Shown in pieces: positions 16,147 through 24,824 of a stretch of 30,823 nt of DNA. Origin of the DNA: a virus (Duplodnaviria; Caudoviricetes); the IMG/VR virus record IMGVR_UViG_3300020044_008590, positions 1 through 30,823 of that record; one strand, written 5' to 3'. Within the stretch, counting starts at the first letter, position 1. Every line of letters starts with the position of its first letter. A model generated the notes under the pieces. The model made no database searches. It saw nothing but the letters and a program-made list of their open reading frames with translations, and had not been told where the DNA came from. A program made the translations under genes and the position numbers.

Positions 16147-16172
16147 TAAATATTAATTAGAGATAAATCGTT
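16147..16172 (-). promoter_or_regulatory. phage late promoter, copy 3
   Basis: TAAATATT at 16147-16154, N14, CGTT at 16169-16172. Confidence 0.8.
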
Positions 16173-16173
16173 T

Positions 16174-16692
16174 ATGGAAGAAGAGATTTGGAAGGAAATT
16201 GAAAATTATGAGGGCCTTTATGAGGTGAGTAGTTGGGGGAGAGTTAAGGGCTTAAGGTTTGGTAAAGAAAAAATACTTTATAGCAATGTTCATAGGCAAG
16301 GATATTTAAAAGTAACTTTAATAAAAGAAAAAAAAAGAATACATTTTTTTATTCATAGATTAGTAGCTATTGCATTTATACCAAATCCAAATAACTATCC
16401 TATGGTACTTCATAAAGTTGAGTGTTACCCATCTAATAATAATGTTAACAATTTATTCTGGGGTACAGGTGAAATCAACATGAAAGATATGATTAATAAA
16501 GGAAGAGGAAAATCAAATCCGCCAAAAGGAGAAAAGCAATACCTTTCTAAATTAACTGAAAAACAAGTATTAGAAATAAGAGCTAAATACACTGGAATGA
16601 AAGGCCAACAAGCTTTATTAGCAAAAGAATATGGAGTACATCAAGCTACAATATCTGATATAATTACAAGAAGAACCTGGAAACATATATAA
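16174..16692 (+). CDS. NUMOD4-HNH homing endonuclease (copy 3), antisense to the virion operon
   Basis: MEEEIWKEIENYEGLYEVSSWGRV...HRLVAIAFIPNPNN...WKHI. Confidence 0.92.
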   Translation: MEEEIWKEIENYEGLYEVSSWGRVKGLRFGKEKILYSNVHRQGYLKVTLIKEKKRIHFFIHRLVAIAFIPNPNNYPMVLHKVECYPSNNNVNNLFWGTGEINMKDMINKGRGKSNPPKGEKQYLSKLTEKQVLEIRAKYTGMKGQQALLAKEYGVHQATISDIITRRTWKHI

Positions 16693-16695
16693 ACA

Positions 16696-16728
16696 AGAAA
16701 CCCTCAACCAGGAAGGAAGAGGGTTTCT
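16696..16728. terminator. bidirectional terminator-like hairpin
   Basis: AGAAACCCTC-N13-GAGGGTTTCT, a perfect 10-bp stem between the convergent HNH and tail tube genes. Confidence 0.8.
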
Positions 16729-16771
16729 AACGGCTCCTAAGGTATTTGAAGCGATTAGCCTAAGCTAAATA

Positions 16772-17284
16772 TTAAGCTATTGTTAAGCTGGCGAATGCTG
16801 CTGCGGAAATGAAAGAACTAGGCTGCGGCTCAAATGCTGAGATAGTTAATTCAACTCCAGAGAAATCTCCGTAATTTGTGCCACTTGGAATAGTTCCAGC
16901 AGTAACGTCACAGCCATTGGTACGGCCCATAACTCTATAGTTTCCGTTTTGGTCTAAAACTATTACTCTCATTTGTGCTTGAGCTAACAAGTACATTTGG
17001 TTTCTTAAAGCAACAGTGTTTTTATCAAACTTAACTGCTAATTCTTGAGAGTAAAATAATGAACCATTTTCAACAGAAGAGTTGATTGTTTCGTTAAATC
17101 CAGCTGTCTGAGGTCTAATCTCAAATTTGTAATAAGTAGCACCAGAAGTTATTCCAGTGATTTGGTTATTAGCATCGTAAGCGTAAGTTTCGTTATCTGA
17201 GAAGTTAGAAATGTATACAGTTCTTAAACCTCCAGTAGCATCCTTACAACCTAAGCTGTAACCTTGTGATAGTGTACATGACAT
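16772..17284 (-). CDS. major tail (tube) protein
   Basis: MSCTLSQGYSLGCKDATGGL...ENGSLFYSQEL...DQNGNY..G; follows the capsid gene; codon usage typical of highly expressed genes. Confidence 0.75.
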   Translation of the reverse strand: MSCTLSQGYSLGCKDATGGLRTVYISNFSDNETYAYDANNQITGITSGATYYKFEIRPQTAGFNETINSSVENGSLFYSQELAVKFDKNTVALRNQMYLLAQAQMRVIVLDQNGNYRVMGRTNGCDVTAGTIPSGTNYGDFSGVELTISAFEPQPSSFISAAAFASLTIA

Positions 17285-17317
17285 AGTATTATTTTTTTAT
17301 TTATTAATAATTGTTTT

Positions 17318-17352
17318 AAAAAAAAGGTCTGGCAGTATTACCAAACCTTTTT
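17318..17352 (-). terminator. intrinsic terminator after the major capsid gene
   Basis: On the minus strand, AAAAAGGTTTGGTAATACTGCCAGACCTTTTTTTT. Confidence 0.8.
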
Positions 17353-17374
17353 GTTTTCTAACTTAATCTATTGA

Positions 17375-18334
17375 TTAAGCTGTGTGTTTAACAACGAATT
17401 GAGGGAAAGCTATATTAGCACCTTGTTTCCATTTTGCTAAGAATCTTACTTCATCGTTATCTTTAGAATACCAGATGTTGAAGTTCTCTGCATCTCCTAA
17501 TAAATCAGTACCGAAGTAGATGTTAGAAGCTGGAGTTAAAACTTTGTACTTAGTAGAAGCTAAACCTCTTACAGCATAAACTCTTACGTTTGAACCTGGA
17601 ACCATTAAAGAGAAGTTATCTCCTTGGCTTTCTGCTCCACTGTAGTGGAATAAGTTAGCGTTTCTTAAAGCTGTAGCATAAGTTCTGAAATCAGCGTAAG
17701 ATAAGAACAATACTAAATCAGTAGCATCCATTACATCTTGAGGAACTGCAGCAATCATAGCATCTACGATAGCAATTGCTGAACCAGCAGAGAATGCAGT
17801 ACCAGATAAAGAAGTTACAACAGTTGAAGCTGATGCAGCTGTGTGGTCTAAAGTTTCAAGTAAACCGTTGCAAAGAGTGTAGTTAGTTGTTGCAGAAACT
17901 GTAACGTTACCAAAAACTCTAGTTGCGTTTGTAGAACCTTTCCAGAAAAGGTCATCTACTAATGCCATAATAACATCTCTTTTCTCTTCAGCAAAGATTT
18001 GTTCGAATGGGATGTTCTCGTTATAAGAACCTGGGTTCATCATAACTTGTGTGTAATAACCTTCAAGGTCATTTAAACAGATTGATTCGTTTACTTTGAT
18101 ATCGCAAACAGATAAATCACGTTGTGTTAAAGAAGTTGTTCCTTGAGCATTCCAGCCACAAGCACCTGCCTGAGCAGTTAAAGAACTTCCGATGATGTTA
18201 ATAGCCGCAGTTGATTTGATACCACCTTGAACTCTTACGATATCAGCTGTTCTACCTTTTAAGATAGATGCTTTGATAAGGTCCATTCCAGTTTCGTCAG
18301 TATAAGCTGCTAAGCCTGCTAAATTTAATGACAT
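17375..18334 (-). CDS. major capsid protein
   Basis: 319 aa after the protease and scaffold genes, followed by a terminator; strong AAC/TTC/TAC codon bias; NIYFGTDLL motif. Confidence 0.88.
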   Translation of the reverse strand: MSLNLAGLAAYTDETGMDLIKASILKGRTADIVRVQGGIKSTAAINIIGSSLTAQAGACGWNAQGTTSLTQRDLSVCDIKVNESICLNDLEGYYTQVMMNPGSYNENIPFEQIFAEEKRDVIMALVDDLFWKGSTNATRVFGNVTVSATTNYTLCNGLLETLDHTAASASTVVTSLSGTAFSAGSAIAIVDAMIAAVPQDVMDATDLVLFLSYADFRTYATALRNANLFHYSGAESQGDNFSLMVPGSNVRVYAVRGLASTKYKVLTPASNIYFGTDLLGDAENFNIWYSKDNDEVRFLAKWKQGANIAFPQFVVKHTA

Positions 18335-18365
18335 AATTTTTTGTTTTTAATTGTTAATTTTTTAT

Positions 18366-19007
18366 TTATTTGTTACTTCTTAAAGCTTTTATTTTTTCTA
18401 GATTTGCGCTTCTCAAATCTTTATCTTTGTCAGTTTCAGATTTGAAACCTTGTTTTTCTTTGTTAATTTTTTCTTCTGAAGGAAGTTTAGAAAACTGCTC
18501 TACATGTGCTTTCATTGTTTCAGCACTCATATGCATTTGGTCCATTGCCTCTTTCATTGCTTTAATCTCATCAGCAAGAGCTTTTACAGCCTCTTCCCAA
18601 GTAATGTCAGCAGTTACCACGTCAGTTGAATCAGCGGCTTCAGCAATATCTTCAACAACATCAGCGGCTGGAGCATCTTCTGCAGGAGTTTCATCCGCAG
18701 GAGTTTCAGCAGGAACATCTTCAGTTGGCATATCCTCAACTGGCTCTTCAATAGAAACTGGAATAAAGCTATCAACTCTATTTCCTCTTACTAAAACTGT
18801 TTCGCCTGTTTCAATGATATAATCTCCATCATCAATTGCACCAATAGTTCCATCTTCTAAAATTGAATAAACAGAAGCACCATCTTGTAATACATCTGCT
18901 TCAATTCTTAAGATTTTACCATCGCTAGTACGTGTATCAAAGAACTTTTCTTTTTCTTCCCCTAAAAAAACTTTATTAAGCAAAGCAAATAATTCTTTCT
19001 TGTTCAT
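18366..19007 (-). CDS. capsid scaffolding protein
   Basis: Acidic, Pro/Ala-rich linker and a coiled coil; located between protease and capsid genes. Confidence 0.75.
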   Translation of the reverse strand: MNKKELFALLNKVFLGEEKEKFFDTRTSDGKILRIEADVLQDGASVYSILEDGTIGAIDDGDYIIETGETVLVRGNRVDSFIPVSIEEPVEDMPTEDVPAETPADETPAEDAPAADVVEDIAEAADSTDVVTADITWEEAVKALADEIKAMKEAMDQMHMSAETMKAHVEQFSKLPSEEKINKEKQGFKSETDKDKDLRSANLEKIKALRSNK

Positions 19008-19043
19008 AATGTTTAGTTTTGGGTTTTAGATTAATCTAATACA

Positions 19044-19069
19044 TAAATATTATTAAGTATTAAATCGTT
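19044..19069 (-). promoter_or_regulatory. phage late promoter, copy 4
   Basis: TAAATATT at 19044-19051, N14, CGTT at 19066-19069; upstream of scaffold and capsid genes. Confidence 0.8.
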
Positions 19070-19084
19070 CAATTTCAGCTTAAA

Positions 19085-19732
19085 TTAATCTTCTAGTTTT
19101 ATTTTAACTATGTAATTATATAGTTCAACAACCTTTTTGTTAGAATCTTCTACTGAATTTATAATAGCCATTAATTCTTTTTCAATAGAGTTTTGCTTTC
19201 TCATTTTGATTAAGTTTGTAAAGTAACCTTCAAGCGAGAAACCTTTATAAGTTCCATTTTTAATAGCAGCCCATACTTCATCATTATCAACTTTAAATGT
19301 CATAAACCAATTACCTGGCTCTAAATCATAAAGAGTTGACTTAGCACGTTCACCGTCAATCCAACTTTCAATAACAGTACACCCATCAAAGAATTGATTG
19401 TTATGATTTAAGTTTGTAGCTCTTGTGGAACCATTCTTCATGAATATTTCCTGTGCTTTTTTAACAGTTTCTTTTGAGAAATAAACATAATACTCTTCAT
19501 CAGTTGTTGAATCATAACGATAGATGTGTTTAGAATGAAGCATGCACGGACCTGTTACAATACGCTGCTCTTCATTAACAATATTAAAATTAAGTTTCTC
19601 TTTTGATTCTGAATTAAATTTCATGAAATCAATTTCAATAGCTGGCCTGTCAACAAATGACATTATGTCTACTATATCTCCTGCTTCTTCATCAATAAGA
19701 AGTTCTATTACTCTTGGTATCCTGTTTCGCAT
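19085..19732 (-). CDS. prohead protease (XkdF-like serine peptidase)
   Basis: SFVDRPAIE...TNLNH...ESW...IKNGTYKGFSLEGYF. Confidence 0.88.
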   Translation of the reverse strand: MRNRIPRVIELLIDEEAGDIVDIMSFVDRPAIEIDFMKFNSESKEKLNFNIVNEEQRIVTGPCMLHSKHIYRYDSTTDEEYYVYFSKETVKKAQEIFMKNGSTRATNLNHNNQFFDGCTVIESWIDGERAKSTLYDLEPGNWFMTFKVDNDEVWAAIKNGTYKGFSLEGYFTNLIKMRKQNSIEKELMAIINSVEDSNKKVVELYNYIVKIKLED

Positions 19733-19735
19733 TTG

Positions 19736-22246
19736 TTAAAATTTTGCTCTGTTTCTAATTTTATTATTTATTACTTGTTTACTTGAAATATCTGTTTCTA
19801 CTACATATGCTCTTATTAATCTATCTTCATTGTTTGACTGAGAAGCAACCATTGCGGATAAAGTAGCTATAGATGATGTTTGACCCTTAATTGTTGAATT
19901 ATTAAATGCTACGCCTCCTCCTAGTTGATTTAAATAAGAAGCAGCCTGAGCAACTCCTGGTAATCTCATAGAACGTTTGCTTATAACTCCTTCACCACCT
20001 TCTAATTCACTTACTTGTCCGCCAGTTCCGTATTTAACTCCACCATTCTCATGAGATGGGCCATTTACAACTCCACCATTACCATAAGTTTCAATCTCAT
20101 TAATCTTGTTTACTTGTGCAGCAAGAGTAGCAATCTGAGTTACACCTAATGCGGCAATACGAACACTCTCTTCTAAAGAAAGTGGGAATTGATTCTTCTG
20201 AGCAGCGATAATAGCGGCAGCAATATTGGCAATAGAAGTAACTAACATCAAAGCAAGCTCTGCTTTTGCATCTTCTTTTCTTCTTTTTTTAGCTGTATTT
20301 GATTGGTCAGCTAAGAATTGTTCTCTCTCAGCGGCTAATCTTTGCTCTGTAGCAGCTACATTTTCACCAGTATTTTGTGCCAATGCCAATTGTTGCTTTT
20401 GACCTGCATCAAAAACATCTAATTGTTTTGTTTGTTGTTGCTCAAATTTTTGATTATCACCTTCACGCATTGCTGCATACACCTGATAGAAGTTTCCTAA
20501 TAAAGTATTAAGGTCATTAATTAATTGAACTTTTTGTTGCCTTTCGAAATCAGCATTACCTTTAATTAATTCTCTTTGTTTGGCAGCATATCTTGCATTA
20601 ATTACTTCTTTTTCTTTTTCAGTTAAATTAGTATTTAATAACTCAGCTCTTCTCTGCGCATCTAAAAATTCAATCTGAGCAGTTAATATTCCAGCCTTAT
20701 CATTTTTATCTTTTTGTGCCTCAAGAACTTTAAGTTCAGCAGACGCTAGAACATATCTTTTATCTAAATCTATTCTTTCTTTAATATAAGCCTCGTCAGC
20801 TGCTTTCTTTTCATCAGCTGCTTTCTTTTCTTGAGCTTTCTTTTCATCTAAATATTTTTGATTAATATCTAGCTTATCAAGAGCATATTGCTTTTCTAAA
20901 ACTATAGCTGCATCTGCTTTTTGTTTAGCATCAAGATTCTCATTTCTCTTAAGAGCTTTTAATTCATTTTGATATGCCTCTTCTCTATTAAGAAGTTCTA
21001 CTCCTTTTCTTTCTTCTATATCAATTCCTTCTTGAGCAGAACGTATAGCATTCTCCCTACGAATAAATTCATACTTAAGAATTTCATCTTGAATATCTTG
21101 TTGTTTCTTTTTTTGCTTTTCTAATTCAGCACTTCTTTCCTGGTCAGTTTTTAAACCATTCTTTTTTAATTCTTGAATATTTTTTAGTTGCTCAGTTAAC
21201 TGCTTAACAATATCATCTTCAGATACATTAATCTGGTTATTTCTATCGAGTAATTCAGCTAATTTATCTTCTGATTTAGTATATTCATCCCTTACTTCTT
21301 TTAAAGATTTACCTAAAACTTTAAGAATATTTTTTTGCTCATCTGGATTGCTCTTATAAATAATGTCAGCAAGAAAACCTAATCTTGTTTCTAACTTAGC
21401 CATTTCAACACTTGTATCAGAAGAGGTTTTTGCTAATTCAGCAACTCTTTTTTGTAATGCATCTTTTATTTTTGATTCAGAAGAACCAATTTCAGAAGAG
21501 AACGCATCAAATAATTCCTTATTATTTTTAAGTAAATCAGCTAATACATCAGAAATTAATTGAGATGTATTTTTACTTAAATCAGTAGATGTAACAAGTA
21601 AAAGTTGAAGTCCGTCAATTTGATTATTTATTTCTTTAATTTGAGTATTATATTTCTCTGCAGAAGCAGCTGCCTGGTCTAAAGAAGTATTAAATTCTTT
21701 TTGAGCAACAGTTGCTTCTCCAGCAGATAACTCATAAGCCGTAAGTGCTCCAACAGCAATAGTTAATGCTGCCACTGCTATACCAATTGGATTAGCGGCA
21801 AGAACTGCATTAAATGCTGACATAGCATTAGTTACAATAGGCATTAAAGCGCTTAAGCCAGTAAACGCTTCTACCATACCTTTTACTCCATTAATAACTC
21901 CAAATGCTACATTTAAAGATTTCTGCATTTCTTCAGCAGATTCTTTTGTAGCTCCAAGTGATTGAGATAATAAACTAAATCCAGCAACAGCAGCAGAAGC
22001 CCCGCCTACTAGTTTGCCAAGTGATTCAGATAGTTTCTCTTTAGAAAGGCCCTCAAGTGATTTATTAACATTTTTAAGAGTAGCATCTGTTTTTTTTATT
22101 TCATCTTGTAAAACTTTAAATGCCTTTGAATCAGAAGGGAGTGTTTTAATGTCATCCTTCATTTTTTTCAAAGAAGATTCAAGCTCAGCAATAGGTGTTT
22201 GAGTTCCAGATGTATCTACTTTTATGCCTAATATAATTTCTTCCAT
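19736..22246 (-). CDS. tail tape measure protein
   Basis: 836 aa, helical and Ala/Lys/Glu-rich; ANPIG motif; C-terminal GGVVNGPSHENGGV...EGGE. Confidence 0.9.
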   Translation of the reverse strand: MEEIILGIKVDTSGTQTPIAELESSLKKMKDDIKTLPSDSKAFKVLQDEIKKTDATLKNVNKSLEGLSKEKLSESLGKLVGGASAAVAGFSLLSQSLGATKESAEEMQKSLNVAFGVINGVKGMVEAFTGLSALMPIVTNAMSAFNAVLAANPIGIAVAALTIAVGALTAYELSAGEATVAQKEFNTSLDQAAASAEKYNTQIKEINNQIDGLQLLLVTSTDLSKNTSQLISDVLADLLKNNKELFDAFSSEIGSSESKIKDALQKRVAELAKTSSDTSVEMAKLETRLGFLADIIYKSNPDEQKNILKVLGKSLKEVRDEYTKSEDKLAELLDRNNQINVSEDDIVKQLTEQLKNIQELKKNGLKTDQERSAELEKQKKKQQDIQDEILKYEFIRRENAIRSAQEGIDIEERKGVELLNREEAYQNELKALKRNENLDAKQKADAAIVLEKQYALDKLDINQKYLDEKKAQEKKAADEKKAADEAYIKERIDLDKRYVLASAELKVLEAQKDKNDKAGILTAQIEFLDAQRRAELLNTNLTEKEKEVINARYAAKQRELIKGNADFERQQKVQLINDLNTLLGNFYQVYAAMREGDNQKFEQQQTKQLDVFDAGQKQQLALAQNTGENVAATEQRLAAEREQFLADQSNTAKKRRKEDAKAELALMLVTSIANIAAAIIAAQKNQFPLSLEESVRIAALGVTQIATLAAQVNKINEIETYGNGGVVNGPSHENGGVKYGTGGQVSELEGGEGVISKRSMRLPGVAQAASYLNQLGGGVAFNNSTIKGQTSSIATLSAMVASQSNNEDRLIRAYVVETDISSKQVINNKIRNRAKF

Positions 22247-22247
22247 G

Positions 22248-22442
22248 TTAGTTTGTTTCTACAGAAATATTAAATAAAACATTTCCGTTTGAGTATGTTA
22301 ATTCCCCAGGAGTTATTTTTGTAAAAACTTTATCTGGATTTAATTCTAAGTAATCAGATTTAATTTTTAACATTAAATTAATAATGTTCGCTTCATATAA
22401 ATCTATAAACTCTTGTTCTGTAATTTCTATATTTAATATCAT
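22248..22442 (-). CDS. hypothetical protein
   Basis: 64-aa ORF tightly packed in the operon. Confidence 0.6.
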   Translation of the reverse strand: MILNIEITEQEFIDLYEANIINLMLKIKSDYLELNPDKVFTKITPGELTYSNGNVLFNISVETN

Positions 22443-22444
22443 AA

Positions 22445-23167
22445 TTATGAATATTGGATTCCAGCTCCAGCGTTATATAATGTTGTTATTTCACCAGTTG
22501 TTAATTCTCTATTCCAAATAGTAACCTCGTCCATTGCCCCATTTATAAATTCAGTTGTTTGTCTAAATCCTATATTCAAAGGTTCTGTTCCATTATAAAT
22601 AGAAGATGCTCCAGTTCCAGCATTTGAATTTGTTGTAGATACAGCTGAACCATTTATATAAAGTTTTAATTTTGTAGCAATTGAATTTCCTGGTACAGCA
22701 ACAAATGTTACCATAAACCAAGTTCCAGTTGTCAATGTTTGATTATATACTTGTTTTGAAAAGTTTGTTACAGTATTGTCTGCAAAAATATAGTTCTCAA
22801 ATTGTTTTACACCAGCATTATCTCTATATAAAACGATATAAGAATTAGCTACACCCTTACAAACAAGTCCGCAATAAGCACTAGCTGTTGGCTGAGTAGC
22901 TATTTTAACCCACATATTGATTGTTAAATTAGATGTTATTGATAAAGATGTTGAATCATTTACAGCAATTTTACTAGTTGAGCCATTGAATCCAGCTCCT
23001 TGAACTATAATACCATTTCCAGCATTATAAGTTATAGCTGTATCTGTTCCATTATTAGCATTTGCGGTTGAATCATTAGAATTACCGTCTAATTTCCATG
23101 CAGCAACAGCTCCACTTGGAAAGTTTGAAGCTACTGCAAATCTATATGGGTTTATTAAAAAGCTCAT
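22445..23167 (-). CDS. LamG/concanavalin A-like lectin domain protein (candidate receptor-binding tip)
   Basis: AAWKLDGNSND...LTINMWVK...WFMVTFV...LYING...GAMDEVTIWNRELT..EI..LYN. Confidence 0.88.
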   Translation of the reverse strand: MSFLINPYRFAVASNFPSGAVAAWKLDGNSNDSTANANNGTDTAITYNAGNGIIVQGAGFNGSTSKIAVNDSTSLSITSNLTINMWVKIATQPTASAYCGLVCKGVANSYIVLYRDNAGVKQFENYIFADNTVTNFSKQVYNQTLTTGTWFMVTFVAVPGNSIATKLKLYINGSAVSTTNSNAGTGASSIYNGTEPLNIGFRQTTEFINGAMDEVTIWNRELTTGEITTLYNAGAGIQYS

Positions 23168-23178
23168 ATTTTTATTTA

Positions 23179-24777
23179 TTAAAGTGAACGATATCCAATA
23201 AGTGTAACTTTTAAACCAGCAGCTCCAGTTCCAGCACCGTCAATATCAAATGTAATCTTAGCATCATCTGCTAAAGAGTTGTCAGATATTACAGGAGCAG
23301 CTGCAGCTGTTTGAGAAGAAAACTCATTAGCATCTATTGTTAATTTCGTTGAAAGAATTGATGCGCCTGCTTCATTTATATCTACAGTTGTTAATGTTGA
23401 ACCAGATGTTGTAAGGCATGCTCTTACTGATGTTAGTATCATTGCATGTGGCATATAATAAGTTAACTTAGCAGTTGCTCCAGAAGTTATCTGAGTTGTT
23501 TCATCAGAGATAGCAAATGCTAATGTAACTGGAACTCCAGTTAGTATAATCGCAGTAACACTACCTTGATTTTGAGCTTGTAAATAAGTACCTCCAGATA
23601 AAGAACGGAATGATAAATCATCTCCAGTTTTAGCAGAAAATATACCAGCTCCAGAACCTGTGTTTGAAGCAGTATTTGATTGACCGCTAAATGTTGCATC
23701 AAATGTTATTGTATCTCCAGTTGTAATTGTAATATTTGTTCCAGCAGATAACGAACGGAATTGTAAATCAACACCAGATTTCTGTTTGAATATTGAGTTT
23801 CCTGTACCAACACTAGATGCTGTGTTAACTTCTCCAGAACCTCCAATTAATGAAGCTAAATTTGTTGAACCAGAGAAGAAGTTTGTTGCATAAATATCTC
23901 CACCAGATGTACCTGAAGCTACAAAGTTTGGAGCATATGCTGTATTAGAAGTTGTTGCCGTTATTTGTGTTCCACCTAATATTGTAGAACCACTTACAGA
24001 ATCATTAATCGTATTTCCAGAACCTCCTATAATAACTGATGCCCATGCATTATATCCAATTTTATTTGTATGTCCAGCAAATATACCAGCAGCAGTTGAA
24101 CCAGATTTAATCCAATACTGAAAAGATAAAGCTATTACAGCTGAAGCGTTTACACCTTTATCTGTATTATTTAATGATGGTCCGAAAGCAAATGAACTAT
24201 TAATATTTCCAGTTTCTGTCGAATAGTTTCCAATATATGCTCTATTATAAGTTGGGTCACCAAATGCAAAACATCCAAGTGCAGCTGAACTTAGATTTGA
24301 ATTAAAAAAAGCAATAGAATCTTGTGTTGCATTATTTATAGGCGCTGTTCCAGCAATAGTTTTAATAATACCTAATCCAACATTTGTAGCAGAAAAAGCT
24401 GTTTCACCGCCTCCGCCCGTAGAATTGATTGTAATGGTATCTCCAGTTGTTATTGTTACATTTGTACCAGCACTTAAGGAATTAAATTGTAAAGTTCCAG
24501 CACTTAAACCAGAATATAATCCAATTCCGCCCCCAATATTGCTTCCGCCAGTTACAGAAGATGAGCCTCCAGATAATTGTATTGGTAAAATACCATTTGA
24601 TGTACGAACCCAAAGAAGGTCATCTGATGTATTTAAAAAGAATTCTCCATCATATATATCAGTAGCAATCCAAGTGCCATCAGTATGGTCAGTTGAGCCA
24701 GTATTTATTGTTGGAGTTGCTCCAGTTTCAGAACTTCTTTTTATTAAAAGCCTACTATATTGAAAATTTGCACTCAT
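23179..24777 (-). CDS. tail fibre protein
   Basis: N-terminal LLIKRS...[10 protein letters not shown] anchor, three N.G.G..(L/I)(Y/F)...L.F.SLS.GT repeats and a C-terminal SDETT domain. Confidence 0.82.
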   Translation of the reverse strand: MSANFQYSRLLIKRSSETGATPTINTGSTDHTDGTWIATDIYDGEFFLNTSDDLLWVRTSNGILPIQLSGGSSSVTGGSNIGGGIGLYSGLSAGTLQFNSLSAGTNVTITTGDTITINSTGGGGETAFSATNVGLGIIKTIAGTAPINNATQDSIAFFNSNLSSAALGCFAFGDPTYNRAYIGNYSTETGNINSSFAFGPSLNNTDKGVNASAVIALSFQYWIKSGSTAAGIFAGHTNKIGYNAWASVIIGGSGNTINDSVSGSTILGGTQITATTSNTAYAPNFVASGTSGGDIYATNFFSGSTNLASLIGGSGEVNTASSVGTGNSIFKQKSGVDLQFRSLSAGTNITITTGDTITFDATFSGQSNTASNTGSGAGIFSAKTGDDLSFRSLSGGTYLQAQNQGSVTAIILTGVPVTLAFAISDETTQITSGATAKLTYYMPHAMILTSVRACLTTSGSTLTTVDINEAGASILSTKLTIDANEFSSQTAAAAPVISDNSLADDAKITFDIDGAGTGAAGLKVTLIGYRSL

Positions 24778-24794
24778 AGTTTAGTTATATCTAT

Positions 24795-24820
24795 TAAATA
24801 TTAAATTGATTAAAAACGTT
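24795..24820 (-). promoter_or_regulatory. phage late promoter, copy 5
   Basis: TAAATATT at 24795-24802, N14, CGTT at 24817-24820. Confidence 0.8.
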
Positions 24821-24824
24821 TTTA

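Noticed and set aside
18370-18822. 150-aa + strand ORF and other shadow ORFs (2571, 5228, 5781, 6736, 9070, 10141, 10659, 13869, 14443, 19542, 21363, 22014, 24425, 26600, 28561)
   Set aside because: Antisense or off-frame to well-supported genes; explained by codon bias.
12284-23535. Diversity-generating retroelement acting on fibre C-termini
   Set aside because: No reverse transcriptase in the window; the repeated domains are all coding and differ at all bases, not only at adenines.
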